DNA of 58,696 bases, filler included, from Sandaracinaceae bacterium (GTDB taxonomy: Bacteria; Myxococcota_A; Polyangia; Polyangiales; JADJQN01), in NCBI GenBank assembly GCA_947483975.1. It is 3 parts of 3 records of this genome, joined end to end, with 100 filler letters (N's around TTAATTAATTAA, not from the genome) between each part and the next. Parts side by side here need not be neighbours in the genome. Positions count along the whole stretch, not along the records: positions 39,479 to 58,696 come from CANKOL010000057.1; 2 more parts are not named here. The stretch is one strand, 5' to 3'. Under the pieces are notes generated by a model. It was not told where the DNA came from. It searched no databases and saw nothing but the letters and a program-made list of their open reading frames with translations. This document shows, piece by piece, positions 51,151-58,696 of the stretch. Within the stretch, counting starts at the first letter, position 1. Each line of letters opens with the position of its first letter. The translations under genes were made by a program, and so were the position numbers.

Positions 51151-51173
51151 CTACAGCACGAACACCGCCAGGG

Positions 51174-51329
51174 CTACTGAGGCGTCAGCCCGCGGACGGG
51201 CGCGACCTCGGTGTTGAGGAAGGGCGGGAAGCCGGCGAGCTTCGCGACACCGAGATAGATGAGACCGAGAGCACCGATGACGATGACTCCCTTGGTGATC
51301 GGGCTCGCATCGGACCAGAACGAGGACAT
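51174..51329 (-). CDS. 51-aa single-pass membrane microprotein
   Basis: AAGGAGG RBS, then MSSFWSDASPITKGVIVIGALGLIYLGVAKLAGFPPFLNTEVAPVRGLTPQ*, then a terminator. Not in the ORF track. Confidence 0.75.
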   Translation of the reverse strand: MSSFWSDASPITKGVIVIGALGLIYLGVAKLAGFPPFLNTEVAPVRGLTPQ

Positions 51330-51361
51330 GGAACCTCCTTGAATGAGTCAGCGTGTATCTC

Positions 51362-51391
51362 ACGCTACACAACGTTGGGCGCGCGGGTCAA
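51362..51391 (-). promoter_or_regulatory. Putative sigma70-type promoter of the microprotein
   Basis: TTGACC-18 nt-TAGCGT on the minus strand, about 30 nt upstream of the ATG. Confidence 0.4.
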
Positions 51392-51520
51392 GAACATTTC
51401 CTTGTTCCGCCCAATAATCCGAGCAGGGCGGATTCAACCAGAGACTCGCCGAAAGCCAAACGTCGAGCCTCGGCGAGGTTGAACCCCCGAGTGTGTACAC
51501 TGCGGCGCGGAGGTCGGGAC

Positions 51521-53215
51521 ATGCTTCGCGACGAGATTCTCGGCGCCCTTCGCCGCGCGACCGCCATCGGACGCGGCGCGCTGCACACCGGCATGGCGTA
51601 CCGGATGACGCCCGGAGGCGCGCGTACGCTGCTCTCGCAGCAACTCGCGGGGCCGCTCGGCCCGTCGGCGCTGTTTCGTGTTCACGCGGCCAACGATCCC
51701 GACCGCCTCGCAATCGTGAGCTACGAGAGCGCGGCGTCCGAGGCGCTCGGCTCGCTGCCTGAGCCGCGCCGCATGACGTACGCCAACGCGAACGACCGCA
51801 TCGATCGGCTCGCGGGTGGGCTGCGCGCGCGCGGCCTCGGCAAGGGCGACTCGGCGGTGCTGCAGCTTCACAACCGCGCGGCGTTCCTCGAGGTGCAGTC
51901 GGCGATGGCGCGACTCGGCGGGAGCGCGGTCTCCGTCAGCTGGCGCTCGACGGCGGCGGAGCTCGACTACCTGGTCAATCACTCGGGCGCGCGCGCGGTC
52001 TTCACGGATATCGACTGCACGGAGTCGCTCCTCGCCGCACGCGCGCGGCTGACGAACGTGCGCGACGAGTGTCTCTTCGTCGTCGGCGGAGAGCGCGCGA
52101 CGCTCACCTCCTACGAGCGCGCGTTCATCGCGCCGGGGGCCAAGGTCTCACTCGAGGCGGGCATCTCCGAGGACAGCGCCGTCGTCATCTACACGAGCGG
52201 CACGACGGGCAAGCCGAAGGGCGCGGTGCGCAAATTCCCGAAGGAGATGGGCGCGGCGGTCATGCGCTTTCTCCTCGAGACGCCGATCCGCGTCGGCGAC
52301 AGGCACCTCGCCGTATGCCCGATGTACCACTCGACGGCGTTCGGCTTCATCGGGTTCAACCTCGTCGTCGGGGGCACGCTCGTCATCGCGCCGCGCTTCG
52401 ACCCCGAGCAATTCCTCGCGCTCGTCGAGCGGGAGCGCATCACGACGACGGCGGTCGTGCCGACGATGATGCACCGGATTCTGCAGCTGCCGGAGCGCAC
52501 GCTCGCACGCTACGACACGAGCACGCTGCACGCGGTGTTCTCAGGCGGCGCTCCGCTCTCCGGGACGCTCGCGCGGCGCTTCATCGAGCGCTTCGGCCCG
52601 GTGCTCTACAACTTCTACGGCGCGACGGAGACCGGCGTGAACACGCTCGCGAACAGCGAGGAATTGCTGCGCGCGCCGGGCACCATCGGGCACGTCATCC
52701 CCGGCAACGCGCTGCGCATCCTCGACGAGCAAGGGCGCGCCGTGCCGCGCGGCACGACGGGCGAGCTCTGGGTGAAGAACGACATGCTCGTCGCCGGCTA
52801 TCACCGCGACGACACCGCGACGAACGACTCGATGAGCGAGGGCTTCTTCTCGGTGGGCGACCTCGCGCACGAGGACCGCGACGGGCTCTTTCACATCGAC
52901 GGGCGCAAGCGCGACATGATCATCTCGGGCGGCGTGAACGTGTATCCCGCGGAGCTCGAGGAGGTGCTGCACACGCACCCAGCCGTCGCGGAGGCGGCCG
53001 TGATCGGCGTGCCCGACGAGGAGTGGGGCGAGCGCGTGCGCGCGTTCGTCGCGCTGCGCGAAGGTGCGAATGCGACGCCGACGGAGCTCCTCGCGCACTG
53101 CCGCACGCTCCTCAGCAGCTCGAAGATGCCGCGCGAGGTCGTCGTGCTCGATGAGCTGCCGAAGAATCCGACGGGCAAAGTGCTCAAGCGCGAGCTGCGG
53201 GACTGGAAGGCGTAG
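51521..53215 (+). CDS. Acyl-CoA synthetase (AMP-forming)
   Basis: YTSGTTGKPKG, FYGATE, VGDL, GRKRDMIISGGVNVYPAE and LPKNPTGK. Confidence 0.92.
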   Translation: MLRDEILGALRRATAIGRGALHTGMAYRMTPGGARTLLSQQLAGPLGPSALFRVHAANDPDRLAIVSYESAASEALGSLPEPRRMTYANANDRIDRLAGGLRARGLGKGDSAVLQLHNRAAFLEVQSAMARLGGSAVSVSWRSTAAELDYLVNHSGARAVFTDIDCTESLLAARARLTNVRDECLFVVGGERATLTSYERAFIAPGAKVSLEAGISEDSAVVIYTSGTTGKPKGAVRKFPKEMGAAVMRFLLETPIRVGDRHLAVCPMYHSTAFGFIGFNLVVGGTLVIAPRFDPEQFLALVERERITTTAVVPTMMHRILQLPERTLARYDTSTLHAVFSGGAPLSGTLARRFIERFGPVLYNFYGATETGVNTLANSEELLRAPGTIGHVIPGNALRILDEQGRAVPRGTTGELWVKNDMLVAGYHRDDTATNDSMSEGFFSVGDLAHEDRDGLFHIDGRKRDMIISGGVNVYPAELEEVLHTHPAVAEAAVIGVPDEEWGERVRAFVALREGANATPTELLAHCRTLLSSSKMPREVVVLDELPKNPTGKVLKRELRDWKA

Positions 53216-53221
53216 GCGCGC

Positions 53222-56035
<2,814 letters not shown>

Positions 56036-56062
56036 GGCGGGCTCCTCGGGTTGAATCGCGTT

Positions 56063-57094
56063 TCAGGCGCGGGTCAGGCGCACGGCGAGCGCCACGGCTG
56101 CCTTCATGCCCGACGCGTCGGCGTCCCCGCGCGCGGCGGCATCGTACGCAACGCCGTGATCGACGCTCGCGCGCAGAAACGGCAGCCCCCAGGTGACGTT
56201 CACCGCCTGGCCCCAGTCGAGCAGCTTCGACGGGATCGTCGCTTGGTCGTGCAGCATGCAGACGACGCCGTCGATCTTGCCCCACGCGGCCTCGCGCAAC
56301 GCCGCCTCTGCGGGCCGCACGCCGAGGTAGCGCACGCGGTGATCGGAGAACGGCGGGCGCGCGACCGCGAGCGCCGCGCCTGGCTCGACGACGCGGGTGT
56401 CCTCGTCGCCGAAGAGCCCGTGCTCGCCCGCGTGCGGGTTGAGCGCCGCGACGACGAGCGTCGCCTGCGAGCTCTCGTTGGGGCGTAGGTGCAAGCGCAG
56501 GAGCGCCTCGCCGAGGTGCGTCACCGCGCGAGCGACGCGCGCCTCGGTGATCTCTTGCGCGACCCGCGCGATCGCGACGTGCGTCGTGACGAGCGCGAGG
56601 CGCAGCTTCGGACCGAGGAACATCATCGTCACGGCGTCGTCCGACAGGCCGCACATCCTCGCGAGGTGCTCGGTCTGCCCGGTGAACGGAGTGCCGCTGA
56701 GCACGACCGCCTCCTTACTCGTCGGGCCCGTCACGAGCGCGCGCGCATGCCCGGCGAGGACGGCCTTCGCGGCAAGCTCGAGCGCGCGAAGCTGCGCGGC
56801 GCCGCCCTCGGCCGACGGCGCGTGCGAGGCGACGCACGCGTCCGACACGCGCCCCGCGTCTGCGACCGCGAGCGTGCCCGCGGGCAGAGAAAATGGGCCT
56901 GTGGAAGGCACGCGCACCAGGCGCACGTGCGACGCGGCGGCGTCCTGCATCGTCGCGAGAAGCCGCTCGGCATCGCCATACACGACGAGCGACTCGCCCG
57001 CGCGCGCCGCGTCGATGGCCGCGTCGAGGGCGATGCGTGGGCCGACGCCGGCGGGATCACCGACGCTGACGGCGAGAGGCAGAGGTGAGGTCAC
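56063..57094 (-). CDS. pdxA: 4-hydroxythreonine-4-phosphate dehydrogenase PdxA
   Basis: GDPAGVGP, FTGQTEHLA, LVTTHV, LNPHAGE, MLHDQ and GLPFLRASVDHG. Confidence 0.9.
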   Translation of the reverse strand: MTSPLPLAVSVGDPAGVGPRIALDAAIDAARAGESLVVYGDAERLLATMQDAAASHVRLVRVPSTGPFSLPAGTLAVADAGRVSDACVASHAPSAEGGAAQLRALELAAKAVLAGHARALVTGPTSKEAVVLSGTPFTGQTEHLARMCGLSDDAVTMMFLGPKLRLALVTTHVAIARVAQEITEARVARAVTHLGEALLRLHLRPNESSQATLVVAALNPHAGEHGLFGDEDTRVVEPGAALAVARPPFSDHRVRYLGVRPAEAALREAAWGKIDGVVCMLHDQATIPSKLLDWGQAVNVTWGLPFLRASVDHGVAYDAAARGDADASGMKAAVALAVRLTRA

Positions 57095-57768
57095 GGCGCC
57101 TTCATCTTGTAGCCGACGCCGCGCACCGTCTCGAGCGGCTTGCTGCCGCTGCCGAGCTTCATGCGCAGGCGCCGCACGTGGATGTCCACCGTGCGGCTGC
57201 CGCCGTAGTAGTCGACGCCCCAGACCCGCGCGAGCAGCTGATCGCGGCTGAACACGCGCCCGCGGTGCTGCGCGAGGAACTTGAGGAGCGAGAACTCCTG
57301 CGCGGTCAGCTCGACGGCGCGGCCATCGACCGTCACCTCGTGCGCGGCGAGGTCGATGCAGAGCCCGCCGAGCTTGAGCCGCTCGCCCGCCTCGAACTCA
57401 CTCTTGCGCCACTCGATGCGCCGGACGCGGACGTAGAGCTCCGCAGGCACATAGGGGACGAGCACGAGGTCGTCGAAGCCGTCCTGCGGATCGAGGCGCT
57501 GCAGCGCGTTGACCGTGACCGCGACGATGCTCGGCACCTCGGCGAGGGGCGCGACGGCGCGCAAGCGTGCGAGCGCGGCTTTTCCTGCGTCGACTTGGTC
57601 GAGCGCCTCGACGAGCACCGCCGTCGGCGGCTTGGCGGCGAGCTCGGCCTCGTCGAGCGGGTCCCAGAGGTCGAGCGCGCGCACGCGGCAGCCGAGGTCG
57701 CGCAGCACGACGACACCGCCCTCTGGGCGCTCGAGCAGGTCACTGCGGCCGACGACGAGGATCCACAT
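57091..57768 (-). CDS. OmpR-family winged-helix response regulator with an atypical receiver domain
   Basis: ELTAQEFSLLKFL..RGRVFSRDQLLARVWG.DYYGGSRTVDIHVRRLRMKLG..ETVRGVGY. Confidence 0.9.
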   Translation of the reverse strand: MWILVVGRSDLLERPEGGVVVLRDLGCRVRALDLWDPLDEAELAAKPPTAVLVEALDQVDAGKAALARLRAVAPLAEVPSIVAVTVNALQRLDPQDGFDDLVLVPYVPAELYVRVRRIEWRKSEFEAGERLKLGGLCIDLAAHEVTVDGRAVELTAQEFSLLKFLAQHRGRVFSRDQLLARVWGVDYYGGSRTVDIHVRRLRMKLGSGSKPLETVRGVGYKMKAP

Positions 57769-57987
57769 CGCGGGAGCCTCTTAGCTCAGGGGAGCGCGGA
57801 GTGCAGCGGGGTGATGAGCGCTGGAGCGGACCCATCGCCGCGCAATCCCTTGACCCCGCGGCCCACCGAAGGCTAGCTTGGTCGCGCGAGCCGGCTGCCG
57901 GCGCGCGTGTCTTCTCCGCGCTGCGTCGGTGACGAACACCTTTTCCCGGCAACCCTGTCAGGCAGGTTCCTCGGCGATGCTTTCCCT

Positions 57988-58696
57988 ATGGCGATGAAGG
58001 CGTGGCGGCTCGTGGTGACGGCGCTCGGACAGGGGGACGTCCCCTTGCACGAGGTCACCGTCGACGCAGAGAACTGGATGACCGCGCTGCGGCAAGCGCG
58101 CGCGGCCATCGGTGAGCAAGGCGGCGTCCCGACTGGGGCGAGCTGCGCTGTGGCGCCCAACGGGAAGGTGACGATCCTCGACCCGGTGACGCGGCGCTCG
58201 TACGTCATCATGCCGTCGACGGCGCAGTCGTTCCGCCCACCCGCGCCCGTCGCCGCACCGAGCGTGCCCGCCGACCAAGCGCCGCGCCCCGCGCAGTCTT
58301 ACTCGCCGACGCAGGCGCTCGCGGCCCAGATCCAGCCAGCCCCCAGCACGCTGCAGCAGGTGACCGCGCAGACAAAGGTGTCGAAGAGCACCGTCGCGTA
58401 TCAGCTGCCCGCGGAGATGATGGCGCGGATGTCGGCCGTCGGCCCGGTGACGGTAGGCGTCGGCGCGGCGCAGCCGCAGCCGGTCGTCGTTCAGCAGCCC
58501 GTCGCCCAGCCGCAGCCGGTCGTCGTGCAGCAGCCCGTCGCGCAGCCGCAGCCTGTCGTCGTTCAGCAGCCCGTCGCGCAGCCGCAGCCTGTCGTCGTTC
58601 AGCAGCCCGTCGCCCAGCCGCAGCCTGTCGTCGTTCAGCAGCCCGTCGCGCAGCCGCAGCCTGTCGTCGTTCAGCAGCCCGTCGCGCAGCCGCAGC
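57988..58696 (+). CDS. Hypothetical protein with Gln/Pro/Val tandem repeats, running off the window end
   Basis: Open frame from ATG 57988 or 57994 (MAMKAWRLVVTALG...VDAENWMTALRQA...) with no stop before the window end. Confidence 0.75.
   Translation, partial: MAMKAWRLVVTALGQGDVPLHEVTVDAENWMTALRQARAAIGEQGGVPTGASCAVAPNGKVTILDPVTRRSYVIMPSTAQSFRPPAPVAAPSVPADQAPRPAQSYSPTQALAAQIQPAPSTLQQVTAQTKVSKSTVAYQLPAEMMARMSAVGPVTVGVGAAQPQPVVVQQPVAQPQPVVVQQPVAQPQPVVVQQPVAQPQPVVVQQPVAQPQPVVVQQPVAQPQPVVVQQPVAQPQ
58471..58696 (+). repeat. 36-bp coding tandem repeat (QPQPVVVQQPVA), at least 6 copies
   Basis: Units at 58471, 58507, 58543, 58579, 58615 and 58651, partial at 58687. Differences between copies are synonymous. 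Confidence 0.92.

Overview
The window is very GC-rich bacterial DNA. Its content (MYXO-CTERM-type tail, Glt-like outer-membrane barrels, MXAN_5187-like protein, PEGA/TPR and RCC1 proteins) points to a myxobacterium (Myxococcota, possibly Polyangia-like; inference). It joins three contigs through two 100-nt N-gaps carrying a TTAATTAATTAA linker (19976-20075, 39379-39478), so adjacency across the gaps means nothing. Contig 1 has an acyl-CoA carboxylase pair, a PPi-type phosphofructokinase, pgi, glgB, a GH57 gene, TetR and mazG. It also has a small accessory island: a 41-bp tandem array, an NDT/TIR-like gene, a Cys-rich membrane protein and a nucleotidyltransferase pair. Contig 2 has a HEPN(DUF86)-S1 fusion between two repeat clusters, a GST, a decayed cheA and a GPI-PLD-like surface protein. 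It further holds a compact lipid cluster (thioesterase, two ACPs, FAAL, KS, KS-like chain-length factor, SPT-like alpha-oxoamine synthase), a PLP decarboxylase, and gene fragments plus a second 41-bp array before a truncated HipA-like kinase. Contig 3 is mostly housekeeping (ftsY, two Glt-like barrels, HDAC, acyl-CoA synthetase, uvrA, pdxA, an atypical response regulator) and includes a 51-aa membrane microprotein absent from the ORF track. The best candidates for new biology are the FAAL-ACP-KS/CLF-SPT sphingolipid-like cluster, the HEPN-S1 fusion, and the recurring layout of a tandem array next to a toxin-like gene. All family calls come from motif recognition by eye; no searches were run.
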